Positions 1 to 13,640 of a stretch of DNA of 64,000 nucleotides are shown piece after piece (the first letter of the stretch is position 1; each line of letters opens with the position of its first letter). The position numbers and the translations under genes are program-made. A model generated the notes under the pieces. It did no database searches, was not told where the DNA came from, and worked only from the letters and a program-made list of their open reading frames with translations. The stretch comes from Kudoa neothunni (lineage: Eukaryota > Animalia > Cnidaria), in contig OZ199838.1 in the NCBI GenBank assembly GCA_964304625.1, positions 12,205,553-12,269,552 of the forward strand. Direction: 5' to 3'.

Positions 1-20
1 TTTAATTACATGTCGATATA

Positions 21-2338
21 GATGACAGCACTTACTTTTTTTCGATTCATTCCAACAAGTTAGCCTCGGTGAACCTATTAAAAAGTAAACACTTTTGTTA
101 TGCTTATATTTATCGTATTACTTTTATATGAACCGCTGGAACTTATTATAGAAAAGCTTAACTGGATAGTAAGGTTAGACTCTCATTTGTTCTCAGTCGG
201 ATTACTGGACAGCCGAGAAAAACTGGACGTTAGGCGCCTAACAGTGAACTTTGTTACCGAGCGAATCATGCAAGAAATCATACTACGTGTTGAAAACAAG
301 CAGAACCTTGAAATGTTCTCTTCATTAGAGTTTGTGAAAAACAATTTGATGTAATTCCGCATTATCTTTGATTACGCGTGTAAGCTAATATTTTCATGCA
401 GAAACGTAGAAATATTGAGGGATTCGAACGGAGTGAAGCTCTTTTTTGATTCTCCTGTAAAGGTAATAGATTGAGGATGAGTGTTTTTGATCAACAGCGA
501 TTCAGGGAGACGGTTGTAAACCAGCCGGCCAATTTGGAATCCAGAATCAAGCCTGCGACAACCACATAGTTACTGCCGACACTGTTAATGAAATGAGTCA
601 ATCTGTTGGTTATCTTCTCGCTTTGCGAACCAACGGCACTGATAATAACGACGAGGATAGCAGGTCTACCAGTGAATCACATGAAATAACCCCATCCAAA
701 GGTACCCTTAGGAATGTTGAAGACCCAGCAAAAGTGCTATTGTTATACAGGCAGATGATTAGATTTATGACTCGCTTCAAAAAATATGCTATCAAATATA
801 TACCCCTTTCCGAGAATTTGGCTGATTCGTTCATCAACTACAGTGCCCTTATAATGTTGGGATACACATTGATGTATATATGCAGAACTATTGGTCATAC
901 TTGGGGTAATAAATTGCCATCGTTGATTAAATCGAATCTGATCAAATCTTGCTATCCTGAAAATGGCAGTGTAATCCAATTTCTCAATATGGAGTTCAAT
1001 GTGGATGATCATCTTAATGATGTGGCATCAGTTTCAAACACCAGCAAACTAACCACATTCAAAGGATTGTACAAAAATAAACCTGTTGTGATTCGTCGAT
1101 ATGAGAACAATGTTCAATGCGATGGAAATCAAATCCTTATGCCTTCATCAACGTTCAGCCACCAATTTCACGTTTCAAATTCAGTTCCTTTCAACAAACA
1201 CATTGTCAAATTTGTGGGAAGTGAAATTGGTGTACGATATTCGTATCTCATGACGGAGTTGTATTCTTACAACTTGGAACAATTTTTTCAATGCGAGCAC
1301 TCATCTGATGTCCTTGATATTAAGACCAAAATCAATATGCTGTACCAACTTATGAAAGGAGTGAAACACCTACATGCCAATCGATTTGCTCATGGCGCCC
1401 TTATACCAAAGAATATTTTGGTTGATCTCGATAGAAATACAAAACAATTGCGTGTGACCATCTCTAATTATAGTAAAAGTCATGTTCTCGACGCTTCTAT
1501 CACTACGGCTGATTGCGTATCCACGTCAGCAGATCCAAATGATAATTCACCAACAAAGAACATTAACGGTAACAACGTCCGTTCTACAGACAAAGACTAT
1601 TTCAATTCTAACACACCCATACTCAGCGAAGCTCTAAAACACAGTACCAATGATATCTACGAATTTGGTATGCTAGCAATCTACATTATGTGCAATGGAA
1701 CGCTTCCAACTAATTGGGTCTGGGGCAGCAACCATATTCCATCTCGTCCTCAAATCGAATCCCTTCTAGGGACTCATTGCAAATCAGTGGCGCACGAAGT
1801 TATTGATCTGCTTACTAAATGTTTTTGTCCCAATCTTGCTTATCGCATTTCAGCCAATCAGCTGATTAATCATCCCCTATTTTGGAACTATGAAAAGAAA
1901 GGATTGTTCATATCTGAAGTGAGCAACCACATCGAAAATTTAGTTCCAGGGCATTACGTTCTCAAAAAATTGGAGCGAAACTCGTGTGATGCAGTGAGAG
2001 GAAATTGGGCCGACATGGTCAGTGCTGATATCATGAAAGATGTCACCAGACATCGAACCTATCGTGGTGATAGTGTCAAAGATTTACTGAGAGTTATTCG
2101 AAATAAGGTATTTTTGGATAAAAATCAGCTGTTTATAACAACTATTTTTATTTGTTAGAGAAATCATTTTAACGACACATGCTCAGAAGTGTCCAGTAGA
2201 TTCGAGTCTGCCGATCAACTCACCGAATATTTCATACAATTATTCCCAAAACTGATCATGCATGTTCATAAAGTCATTAGAGAATGCAATAAAAATGATA
2301 TCCCCAATTTGGCAAAGTTCTTTGTCGGGGTTGTGTAA
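21..2338 (+). CDS. IRE1: IRE1/ERN1-like ER transmembrane (pseudo)kinase-endoribonuclease, 5' end outside window
   Basis: GT-AG introns 85-151, 351-401, 463-505 and 2108-2158 join into one frame. The product has a luminal-type segment (..KLNWIVRLDSHLFSV..), a TM helix (SALIMLGYTLMYIC), a kinase fold and a KEN/RNase domain (HPLFWNYEK..RTYRGDSVKDLLRVIRNK|RNHF..YFIQLFPKLIMHV). Stop TAA at 2336-2338. Confidence 0.9.
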
Positions 2339-3340
2339 CGAATAACGTCAACAATAAACTATCATTCTAACAGCGAAAGATCCAAGTTCAAGCTTTCTTC
2401 GACCAGAAATATTTGCGATACAATTATGATTCGGTGGATAGCCAACTTACTCTACCATGGATACGAATAATAACAGCGGTGACAATAATATGAATTTGCA
2501 TCTTCGTTCATTTCGAGCGATTATACAATGTCAAACCAAACTCGTGTGAAAATTAGTGTTATTTACTTGTTGTAGTTTATTTTTGAATCGAGCTCATTTC
2601 TTAATTTGCATATTGTACGCTAAGCTTATGCTTATAGGGTTGCGAGAAATAGTAGACTAAGGTACACGAATTGTTTTTGTGAAAATTACTTCATCATATA
2701 TATTCTCGCGAATTCTGTTAATATTTATTGCTCACTCGACTAAGTTTTATTTTAGGAATTGAACTAATTTCATTTTTTGGTTTAATTTATCTGGATATTT
2801 TTAATGACATGATAAATAAATAAGTTATAATATTTATTTATTCATTCGATAATATTGATGTAAAATAGAAGTATATTAAGCTAGAAATTCTTCCACTAGC
2901 TATATTTCGTAGATTTCATTAGTAAAGGCATCATTTAAGCCGTCATACTCCATATTATTCACGACGGAGGTTGGCTGTCTGGCTTATTGAACCATGATTC
3001 GATGGGTCGCGAATTCAAATCACTACAATAAGGCGAAGTCGTTGCTTCATCGATATGTCTCTGTTTCGTCACGGAGCTATGGTTAAAGTGTACGCTCATT
3101 ATTAAATGTAACGCAACTGCAGTTATAATTAGGTTCAGAATGATGGACCAGCTTAGACATTTGAATCATCGAGGATGTAAAATTAAGAAACCTAATTTCA
3201 CCGGCCTCATAGAGGGATTGGTCTTGAGGAATAAGATTAGGGTTTGAAGTGGTATTGAACTTGATACGATAATATTTAGTGGTTAAATTCAGAAAACATG
3301 AAGAGAATCTAATCTATGTGATTGGATGCGCTGTCTACAG

Positions 3341-4054
3341 CAGTGTTCCCACCGTGGAAAAATTTTGGTGGGCATGGAAACTTTCGGACGTTTAATGAAC
3401 AGTTCAATTGGGATGCGTTAAATCCTGATCATTGTTGTAGCATAAGTAATGGTGAGATAATTGGGCAGTGCGGTGCACTTTGAAATCAATACATTGATTC
3501 TCGTTCTCGTTTGTTTTTAAGTGACTATTAATATCATAAAATGTACCAAAAGCAACGACTTTAATATAAAAATGGATAATAATATTAAAAGCGGTCTTTA
3601 CAAAAGTATAGTCGGAATGGTTTTGATTTCAATTTTTGCTCTTCTGTAATTGTGATCTCTATTTTTATTTTAGCCCCGTATGATATGAATTGATTTTCTT
3701 TCAACATTGTTAATTTTAAGTTTATAAGCTCCACACACACGAAAGTATTGCCTAATGAGAACTAGATTACCACAAGTCTCATTTAACGTTGTTTTAGATG
3801 ACATTAAGAACTAGACATTCATTTTTAAGGTCCAACTGTAAATTTAGTTAGATCCGATCGAATAAATTTTAATTTTAATGAGAAAAGAGGTATACACTAA
3901 ACAATATCAGATTTTACTGATATGAAGATCATTTTAAAGTCATAGTCAGTTTAAATTAAAAACCTATAAAACCAATACTTTCGAAAAAAGCTGGGAAATG
4001 GAACTTTCCTTCAAGAAAAATTGGGCGCGGTGGAAAAAAGTTTGGAAAACACTG
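3341..4054. mobile_element. non-autonomous hAT element (MITE)
   Basis: TIRs CAGTGTTCCCA / TGGAAAACACTG; 8-bp flanks gtctacag / gtctacaa. Confidence 0.75.
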
Positions 4055-4221
4055 GTCTACAATATTCATTGAGCGGCTAAGCCAATTAGAACTCCATAGC
4101 CTAATAAACTTATTTAGAAGGTTTATTTGTGAATAATTCCAACAGAATTTTTGTCATTTATATATATAAATAAAAAATAAACAACTATCTATTGAACATA
4201 TCAGAAAATTATTATATCACA

Positions 4222-4254
4222 TGTGAGTGTAATACACGCATGGGTTATCGCTAG
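4222..4254 (+). mobile_element. Helitron-like 3' terminus remnant
   Basis: Imperfect GC hairpin (gtgtaatacacgcatggg) followed by CTAG-T; a similar end lies at ~17541-17569. Confidence 0.3.
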
Positions 4255-4726
4255 TTTTTCAAATTAGTGCCTTATGAGTTGAATTATCCTATTATTCATT
4301 TAATCTTCTAACTATGGACGAAGAACTTTACTTGAAAACGTAATTCAATCGTTTTTAGATTGTGGATACAATCAAGTTGGTACATTAATATATTACGAAA
4401 ATCTTCGTTTTTTTGATTCACAGATTAAGAAAATTATATAGAGAGAGAACGATTTTTAAATAAAATCTGATACGTCAATGGAATTAAAAACTAAAGATAT
4501 ACATAAGTGATAAATATTCTAATTGAATACTACAAATACACATAAATGATGATTATCCGAAATAAATACTAAAGAGTGCAGAGTTTTTGATTGCACAAAG
4601 GCATACGAATATGAATAAAAAAATTGGAAAATATTTATTACTGAGTAGAATTTTTAATTGGGCGCGCACAGAATAATGACGTATGTAAACTTTACAGTAG
4701 TTGAAATATTGTTCATAAGTAGGCAA

Positions 4727-7700
4727 TCAAAGATTGTAAGCAAATAAACAAGTGTTTTGAATGTGATTGAAGAATTTAACTTTTTTTGCTACAACGATCC
4801 TTTCTAACAAAGGATCGTAATTATTTACGGAGTTTTCAGTTGCCGACGATATTTCGTACTAAATGGGTACATAAAATAATTTTTACAAAAGCAGTCAACC
4901 ATACAAGTCTTGCATATACATCTTTAAGTCCTCCCTTTAGGAAAGACTCTAAAACAAATTACATTCGTCGAAGAAATTAATTGATTTTATTTGATACCTG
5001 ATAGAACTGACAGCAAACTACTGTCATAAATCAGTTCCAATAATTGAAGATTAACTCTAGATACTTTCATGAGACTATAGAATCATTATAAATCGTCAAA
5101 AATGATATTCACACCAAATAATATCTTCAACATTGGTCTCAATTATATTTCCATTTAGGACGGCGATGAAAGGTTGTAAAATACAAACAGCCTAATTAAT
5201 TTTAAAACAATTTTCTCTCTAAAAAACAAAACTTCAAGTGGTCTGTCAGTCTTGCTGAAACAATCAGCTATACGAATGGCAGTAGTCTAAATTATAAATA
5301 ACACACCACATTCGAATCAAATAACGTTTGGGATCGAAATAACCACAAACAAATAATTACTTTGTCAATAAATTTATCAAACAAGACATTTTCATCATGA
5401 TCTCCAACAATATCTTTTAGAAAATGGACAGTTGCTATAGCAAACGATTTCAGACATCCATGGAAGTCACCAAGTACTAAAAATCAATTAAATCCATTTA
5501 TATTCACTCAACTTGCTTACAGTATAAACTTTCAGCGTGAAGAAGTTGAAAATCGATAAGAAAGTTCAGTTGAAGTAGTTTATCAGCGACGATAACAATC
5601 AGCTTAAGCAGGAGCATATTTGAGATTGTGGAAACATTTCTAACACCCAACGTGTAGAAGAAAATTGGATAAACAGTTAGAATGGTACTTATTTTTTAGA
5701 TTAAAATGTAATTCGGTCAATTCGGAGACATGAATTATGTTGCTTCGAGCTTTGTCGATCTAAACCAATAGCACATATTAACTCAAATATTTGGCACTGC
5801 CATACAATAGCAAAATTATAAACTGAAACCAGCATGCTAAGAATTCCCTTAATAAATTCTGCATTCTAAAGTAATTTAAAATCTTCAAGATTTGCGTATA
5901 TTTGTACGTACTGTTATGGGATCCATCCATTGTTTAAATACAGACCTACAATCACATAATCACGATATTCAAATTTAGTAATATAAAAATCTACGTATTG
6001 ATATTAATGGTGGAATGGATGGTAGATTCCTTGCCTTCGTTAAAAAGACCAACTACATTAATCAATAAACGACAACAAAAAATTAAAAACAATTACATAT
6101 GTCAAATAGACTCTTAAGTGAGTCAGGGTTGGCCCCACTGTTGGACTGGGGTAGAAAAAAAGATCCAAAAACATTTGACAGCTATTAAATAAAGTAAAAT
6201 GAAATACTCAAGTGAGTCAAATCACATGTCCAATTGGTTCATTGTTTATACTACTGATTGTCAGCGTGACTAACAACTGGTATTCTTCAAAATTGATAAA
6301 ATGAGTGAATATGGTAGTATAAAAATCGATATAGAATTTGAAATTTTTAACTAGAAACGAAAAAATAAGTAATAATAACAAAACAATGCACTCCAACCCA
6401 AAAAGCTATTAAAAAAGTTGCCGTCAACGTCCTCAACAGTGGAACTCACATTAAATTGTTAAAAATATTCATTTGATGAACAAGACGTAAGTTAGAGCTA
6501 ATTATTTTCAAGATTAATTTATTATACACTAACTATATTATTAACTAATCAATAAAGATGCAATTAAGGTGATGCGTTGGTATATACCAGATCAGACAAA
6601 AATAAAAGCTGCTATTTCTACATTGAAGCAGTTTATATTTGACCCAACGAAAAAAATACAGTTTTTTACGAAAATTAATAAGGAAGAAGTTATTGGCATG
6701 ATATTTTTCAATCCTAAATATCACGTGAATTTGAGAAATAGAAATTTTAAGGCAGATGCTGTTGGCACGGTAAATTTTAATTAACAAAATGGGTCATCGC
6801 GTATGCGCAGTGGTCCTTTTTTTACCCCCAGCGAAACTCCCACTCCCACGCTGTATACAGATTTAATTTTTCGGAATCTGTAATATTTAATTATCACTGG
6901 ACCTTCTCTCTGTTATTGGATATTAGAGATAATTAAATTAAACCAAAACTATACTTACCTGAATATCATGATCCGTGCCAATAGCTATTTCCATTAATTT
7001 ATCAATAAAGCGTCGGAAATAAATAAATTTTTAAATAAACTAATTATATTATTTTTATTATCAATGTGAATTAGTTTTGGAATTTCCAACTTCTAAGAAT
7101 ACTAAGAATTATCCTAACACCTAACTATATTAAGTTGGGGTTACCTAGAATACAGTGGGTAACCGATTTTTTGTAATCCCCTCAGGACCATAAAAAAGTA
7201 GGAAAATCAGTCTCGACCGATTTCTCGCATTTTTGTGCGTGTGCCTCGAGGAATAAATAAAGTTTGACCCTACAAATTTGTACAACGATATTAATCTAAC
7301 CTCGTTTTATTTAAATTATATTAAATAATATATCGCATTCAGTTTACAATATAATTAGGGGTCCTTATGAACCCATCTAAATTATAGGAAATGCAACAAA
7401 TATCCTACAAAAAAATGAATCCTCGCCAAAAAGTTTACATTAATTATTATTAATATTACTACATCTGTTGAAATTATAATTATTAAATTATTGTAATTCT
7501 CGTCTTTCTCTTGACGTAAAATACCTTCAATAAATATAGGAAATAACATGATAAACTAGCCAGTAAACGTAAAAGGGATTTATATCCATGTGTAAGTCTG
7601 AATTATCGTATGGTAATACAATATGTGCGTTTATCAAAGATAAAAAAATCTGATTATTAAAAAACAGTTTATAGGATAATGGAATGAGGAATATACATAC

Positions 7701-10700
7701 GATATTCAAATTTGCTATCCATCTAAAACAGTGTTTCCCTACAAATTTTACACCCGTACCCCCATCCTAATTTTCGCGTAAACGTCGCACCCCCTCCTCC
7801 ATGTGAACATCAAGACTCAATTATACTTTTTATTTAAATACGACAATAATAATACCAATGAAGAATGTCTTAAATTTAAAATTTTTATTATTTCAGTTCA
7901 TATTTTAACTTCAGATTTTCCCATTTACTTTTAAAATAAATTAAAACCAAAATGTTTTGGTTAACTCAATTTGTAATGTATAATTGAAAAAGAATGAACA
8001 TTATTTTTTCAGTCCTCATGACTTAACACTCAATGATTGGAGCTATTATTCATTCCTGCTTATATATACCATTTTTATGTAAATTAAAAAATGAATATAA
8101 ACGTAATACTAAACTATAAAAAGTATGGTCGCTTAAATAAGCTCTGTATTTAGGGGTGAAAATTAAATGAACCGAATAGAAATAGCCAATTAGTATAGTT
8201 CACAAGAAACATTATTCCAAAATCAATGATTATTTAGTATTTATTTGATCTGACGGTTCTCTTGTTCTCGCTGGGTTTTCATAAGTAATTCAAGGCAGGA
8301 CATTTTGTTGGACTATGAAACATGAAAATAGTTTTCGGAGTTTAATGAATTCGATTACTTATTATTTGTATATAACGAAGTCGATAAGCTTGTTTCATAT
8401 GTTATCCTGTGCTGAATAAATCTAGCGACTCCCTTATTCTATATTGAGTTATATGTTAACTTAAATTTTAAGGCGGTGGGTTAATAAAAATTCAATAGAT
8501 TCAAAAAGTAGGCCTTCTAAATATACTTGAATAAAAAAATATATTGTTAAAAGTGGCATTCATTTATTTATATGCATAAATGAATGCTCGGATTTTTGTC
8601 GTACAAACATTTTTCAAGAAAATTTAGCTAAAGTTCATATCAAAGGCCGGGTACAAATTCGAGCATAAAATTTAAAATGTAACATAATAAAGCATATAAA
8701 TATGTTATTTTGAAAGATAACAAAGTTACGATTTTACATGAAAATAACGATAGATTTTGTAAGCTGAGCAGGCTTAATATAAACTATTACCTTACTGCGC
8801 TATTTCGTAGAATCAAACAGAATAAATTATAAATTAAATAAAATATCTAATCCCATTTTTGAATTGAAACAACAAGAAATATTATTGTACGCATTAAGTC
8901 CTTTCATGATTCAAACGGGGACTGACGAAAATTACGAAATGAATTAATTAAGATTAATTTTTAAATTTATTCTTGAATGACTCCCGCACCCCCTGTAGGG
9001 AAACACTGATCTAAAGGAAATTATTTTCATCACATGCTCATCGGAGCAAAAATAGGGTTAAAGGCGCAAAAAATTTCGTAAAATCGATTAATCTTCTTTT
9101 CGTCAAAAAAGGAATACAAATGTTTTACTCATTTGAAATTTCACAAATATTATAATAAAGGGAGTTATAATGATTCCTTGAAAATAAGAATGGTTTTAAA
9201 ACGTTTATTGTAAGATTTTTAAAAGTGCGGCAAACCGGTTACCTACTATACTAAGAATTATTTTAAATCCCGCTAAATTAAGGTGAGGCTACATATCAGA
9301 CTGAATTCGTTAGAGGGTTGAAAAAGTGCTCAAAACAATCTATAATCTCCTTAAGAGACAAAATAATGATACATTTTGCAACTTGATCCAGTAGATTATT
9401 GGATTCCTTCACAAAGTTTACATCACTAGTTAAAAAATGGAGCATATGAATAATATTTTCGACATTCTAAGATAAAAATAATCTTACGCTGTGCATAAAA
9501 AATTGATTTTATGGGCAAGAATATCAGCTTCCACTACAGTGACCACCTTTTCATACGTCGGTTGTTCCATTTGAGCCGATAAAGAATGAATAAATTGGAT
9601 CAACGCCGCGAGTAGTTCAGAAATAATTTTATTATCGACAGTCTATCGAATGGTACTCAGTTATATTCAAGGTTGATCAATCTAAAAAGCTAATGACATA
9701 CGTTTGTTTTTTTCGAAAAACGGTGACATTTAGAAAGCACAACATGAAGAACGACCAAGAGTTGTAGGTTATCGATACTTGCTATTAATTCATCGTAATG
9801 ATGGCAAATTAGGCGCTATAAAATTCGGTCACTCTCAAACAAAGAAAACATCAACAACTACCATTGATTTCAGATGAGCGCACACTTTAACCTTATCGTT
9901 CTGACAATAGGAGATAAGCTCAACCACTGTATTTTTGATGTCATCAAACACAAAGTAATCCAGCAGGTTTTGGTTGAGTACGGTAACATTTCTGGTTTTC
10001 ACACTGAAATACTCAGACACTAATTTCGATCAGTTTAGCTGTTGTAACGAAGGTGAGAGATAAATTACCAAAATTTTCAGGAAATGACGCAATAATATCG
10101 TTGCATGAAATTTCCAAATTTGAAAGAATTTCAAGTGACGATGTCTCTGAATCGTTTAGATCGGATTCGCAATCGTTCTCATTGTGGCTTTCGAGTGAGG
10201 TTGCGAGAAAATGTTTCTTAGTTGGGAAACATGAAGATTCAATCGACTTTGAATTTTTAAGCATCTCACTGTTGTTGATGAAGGGGGAAATGAGATCTTC
10301 GAGCAATTCTTTGTCAGAAAACGACACAAATCGTGAACAAAACCTAAAATCAGTTGACGATATGCTGAAAATAGCATAAACTCTAACCTTAGCGTTTCAC
10401 TGATTAATGTTAGTTCCTCCTCGCTTTTATTGGGCACAATATCATTGAACTCCTACACACATTACATAGAATAAAAAGAGCTAATCTGGACTACACTGAA
10501 AACTATTTCCATATCGTTATCACAGAATGTGAGATCTTTTAATGGGAAACTATTGGGAGAATTGAACAGTTGCTAAAAATATCTCAGACAGAAATTCAAC
10601 CAACTGAAAGATACATTTAGTTTTTGACGTAGATCTTTGGTGATCGGTTTGGTCTCTTCATTTTTATTCAGAGAATTCTCAACGATTTCTTTAATCTTAT

Positions 10701-12030
10701 CCAATCGATCAAAATTGTAATTGTAAATTAATTTATCGGTTGTCTACACATTGGTGTTGAATTTGAATGAGAAAATAAATATCACAATTTACTTGTTTCA
10801 TCTTGAAAAGTTGGTCGAAATATTCTTTTGCTAATTCCATTTTTCCACCAAAGAAATAATATAATGCCAACTCACGAGAAACCTACACATTGGAAACAAA
10901 TATACCCATACTGCAATCTCACACATACATAAATGGTCAACTCATAAACACTCATGCAAAATCCCTTCCCTGAAAGTTCTTCCGTTGCCATATCCACTGA
11001 AGTATTAATTAAAGAACTATTATTGCTATCATTTATGTCAATATAATCGTTGATTAGTCGAAGAGCTTGATCGATTTTAGTTGTGTCAAATTGGATTGGT
11101 ATTTTTCTAGACGACAAAATTTCCTTATACAGTCGAATAATTTTGTCTATGGATTCTTCCACCTATAATACGTCATACATTTACGTAAAAAAGTAGAGCA
11201 CTGGTTGAATCAATCAGCCGCGTGAATGTAGCAATACTTGTGACGAGATTATATCCGATACAATTGGTTCACTGTTAGAAGCTCGACCACCCATAGCTAG
11301 CACACTAAAAATTTAATGATTAACTCGATAGTTAACTAGGAATCTAGAAACCTTATCTTGGAGAGAGAAGGGTAGATACTACTATAGTACGTGATAATAT
11401 ACCATCGAATGACGGTTAACGCTGATGATAGTTTTTTATCATCAAAATCATTCAACGAATCAATCTCTTTCAGAAGGGGTAATTCGTTAAATTCAATTAA
11501 TGCATTGATTAGTACACTTTGTTCAACAAGACTTAACCTATGTAATATGCACTCTCCAATCAGTGTCCCAATATGTCGATATACTTAGTCAAAATTAATT
11601 CAATGTCAAACTGGGTATAACTGAAAACAGTTAAAGCTAACAATTTTGCTTTAGTGAATGAGATTCTATGTTCAGCTTCTAATATGTGAATCTAACAATT
11701 ATAAAAATTAACAAATTTGAGTTTAATGTGAAATTGTGTTAGAATAACTTCACGTGGCTTCATATCCCAATCAAGGTTGGGTAATTTTGACTAAATTATT
11801 GAGGTAATTAATTGATCGCTTGTTGGAGGCAAATTGAAAAGTTTTTACGTGTGAGATGCAACGATTTGTCAAATCTTTCAATATTCCAACTATTTCATCT
11901 TCTATATTTATCCAAACGTACCAATATAAAATTTTTTTAATAATTGTTGCAGATGGTTACTTGTAGATATAGAAAGCTTTGAAACCAACGCAACAAAACT
12001 TGTCTTCAATAAAAGCACTTCATCAGCCAT
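4727..12030 (-). CDS. INTS8: Integrator complex subunit 8-like, many small exons
   Basis: Spliced N-terminus KAKLLALTVFSYTQFDIELILTKLSLVEQSVLINALIEF..TVIRW and C-terminus LHAESLYLLGDFHGCLKSF..TTAIRIADCF..ELIYDSSLLSVLS..ATENSVNNYDPLLERIVVAKKVKFFNHI match the recalled INTS8 termini. The 3' exons (6350 to 4727) join in frame via GT-AG introns. Exons at ~6400-6900 are not fully resolved. Confidence 0.7.
7153..9248. mobile_element. non-autonomous Tc1/mariner-type element inside an INTS8 intron
   Basis: TA|CAGTGGGTAACCGATTT ... AAACCGGTTACCTACTA|TA: imperfect TIRs with TA flanks. Confidence 0.6.
7729..9008. mobile_element. hAT non-autonomous element nested in the element above
   Basis: Perfect 15-bp TIR CAGTGTTTCCCTACA / TGTAGGGAAACACTG; 8-bp flanks atctaaaa / atctaaag. 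Confidence 0.85.
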
Positions 12031-13189
12031 CTCTCTATAAATATCAACTGTGAATGATGTAATGATTATATTAAATATGTTAGATAACACAATTGCTATA
12101 GTTTGTCACAGTCAAAATATACAATCAAACGTTGGGTAATGTGCGATACAGGTGGAAGAGATTAGAATTTGGAAGTAATGGCACACGCCTGCGCGGTTTT
12201 ATACACGACGAATAATTTCATCTTTAAATGTATTTTTTCTTATTTTAAATATAATGTATTAATTAGTTATGTAAAGTTATTTTGAATAAAAATGAGTGGG
12301 GTTCTCTCGTGTAACTTTTGATGAATAATATGCATAAAAAATTTATTCTTTGTTATTCAAGTTTTTTGTTATTTTTCAATGTAGTATAATATCGATTGGA
12401 TGAATTTAATGTTGAAAACACGAATATAAGATAAGGTAAGTAACAATTATTAAACATAATGTTTTATAAAAACATTTCATACTTTATAAATTTGAAATAA
12501 GAATTAGTGATATTCGAATTGTGGAATATTTAGTGAAATTCAGGTCAATAGAGTTAAAACAAGATAGAAAATAGTCTTTGTGAAATCACGTGACCAACAA
12601 ATTTTACGCAATTTTCAGAGTGAATATTGTCTTTTATTGATGTGTTTAATTCTCGGTGGCTGATTGAATTGAATTGAAACCAGAAATGTTTATTTTCTAA
12701 ATATCAAATAAAAATATAATACAGTAGGTAATCGATATTCCGTATTTTTTTGATGCGTGCGCGGACAATTAGAAATATTTTGTATTGAAGTAATATAATA
12801 GATTCACAATTATTAATGTTTAGAAATATTTTTAACAAAAGTTGAAACAAATCTGGTGGTTATGTATTTAGATCGTTATCATATGCAATAATGAGGATTT
12901 TAAATGAAATATTTTTGTAGTTGGGCTTTGAAAAAAAATTATTTAATTTAAATTTTAAATGGAACAACGCAAAAAATTACGCAATATTTATTTTTTAATT
13001 GGAAAGATAAACGACATATAAAGATTTAAAAATGGATGAATTATTAAAAATTGTATTATTTGTTATTTTTAATCAAACTATATAGCAAGTGAGAATTAAA
13101 ATTGAATTAATATCAAGGTTACGTTATTTAGATTTGTTGTTAAATTATTTTAAATTTTTATACCTTAAATTAAAGTAATTTTCACTCAA

Positions 13190-13640
13190 AAAATCTATAA
13201 ATTAAAACTGTGCATTCGAGATTGGTCCACATATTTAATTTCCTCATTAAATTTTTAATTTTATAATTAAACAACAAAACTACAAAATTTCGTGTAAGCT
13301 CAACTATTCACATCTGTTATTTTTCACAAAAACATTAATATATCTTGTTACTTTACAAATTATGGTTTAATCATAACTTTATCTGATAAAGAGTCCCATT
13401 CTGACCTAATTATTGTCCAAAAAGCCAATAAAACAATTCAAACCATTGATTTGTTATCAGTTTTATTTATTCTATTCACATTTGTTTTCTTGTTAAAATA
13501 GGCGGGTTTTTTCTTTTTAATGAAAATATTTTCCCCACCAAAAAATAAATCCATTTTAAATCTCTTTTTTGAGAAGAGGCGCAAATTTTTCCACGTATGT
13601 GGTAGGGGTTCCGGAAACTAAAGTAATCAGGAAGCGCTGA
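13190..13640 (+). repeat. dispersed repeat, copy 1 (copy 2 at ~51890-52340)
   Basis: Colinear shared blocks: ttcgagattg; ataattaaa..aaaactacaa; taattattgtccaaaa; ttatcagtt..acat.tgttt; ttttaaatc..tttttgagaa; gtggta.ggg..gaaactaaa..agcgctg. Confidence 0.7.

Noticed and set aside
593-2338. RNase L call
   Set aside because: No ankyrin repeats; the upstream exons and TM helix fit the IRE1 layout.
2960-3230. A-box/B-box-like words (TGGCTGTCTGG, GAATTCAAATC) suggesting a tRNA or SINE
   Set aside because: No cloverleaf, and no second copy or TSD found in the window.
6951-7000. ATACTTACCTG, identical to the U1 snRNA 5' end, followed by CATGATC
   Set aside because: No U1 stem-loops or Sm site follow. 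It is explained as a consensus CAG|GTAAGTAT donor of a minus-strand INTS8 exon.
10053-10379. Plus-strand ORFs here and at 31163, 34442, 38390, 43691 and similar
   Set aside because: Antisense shadows of real minus-strand exons.
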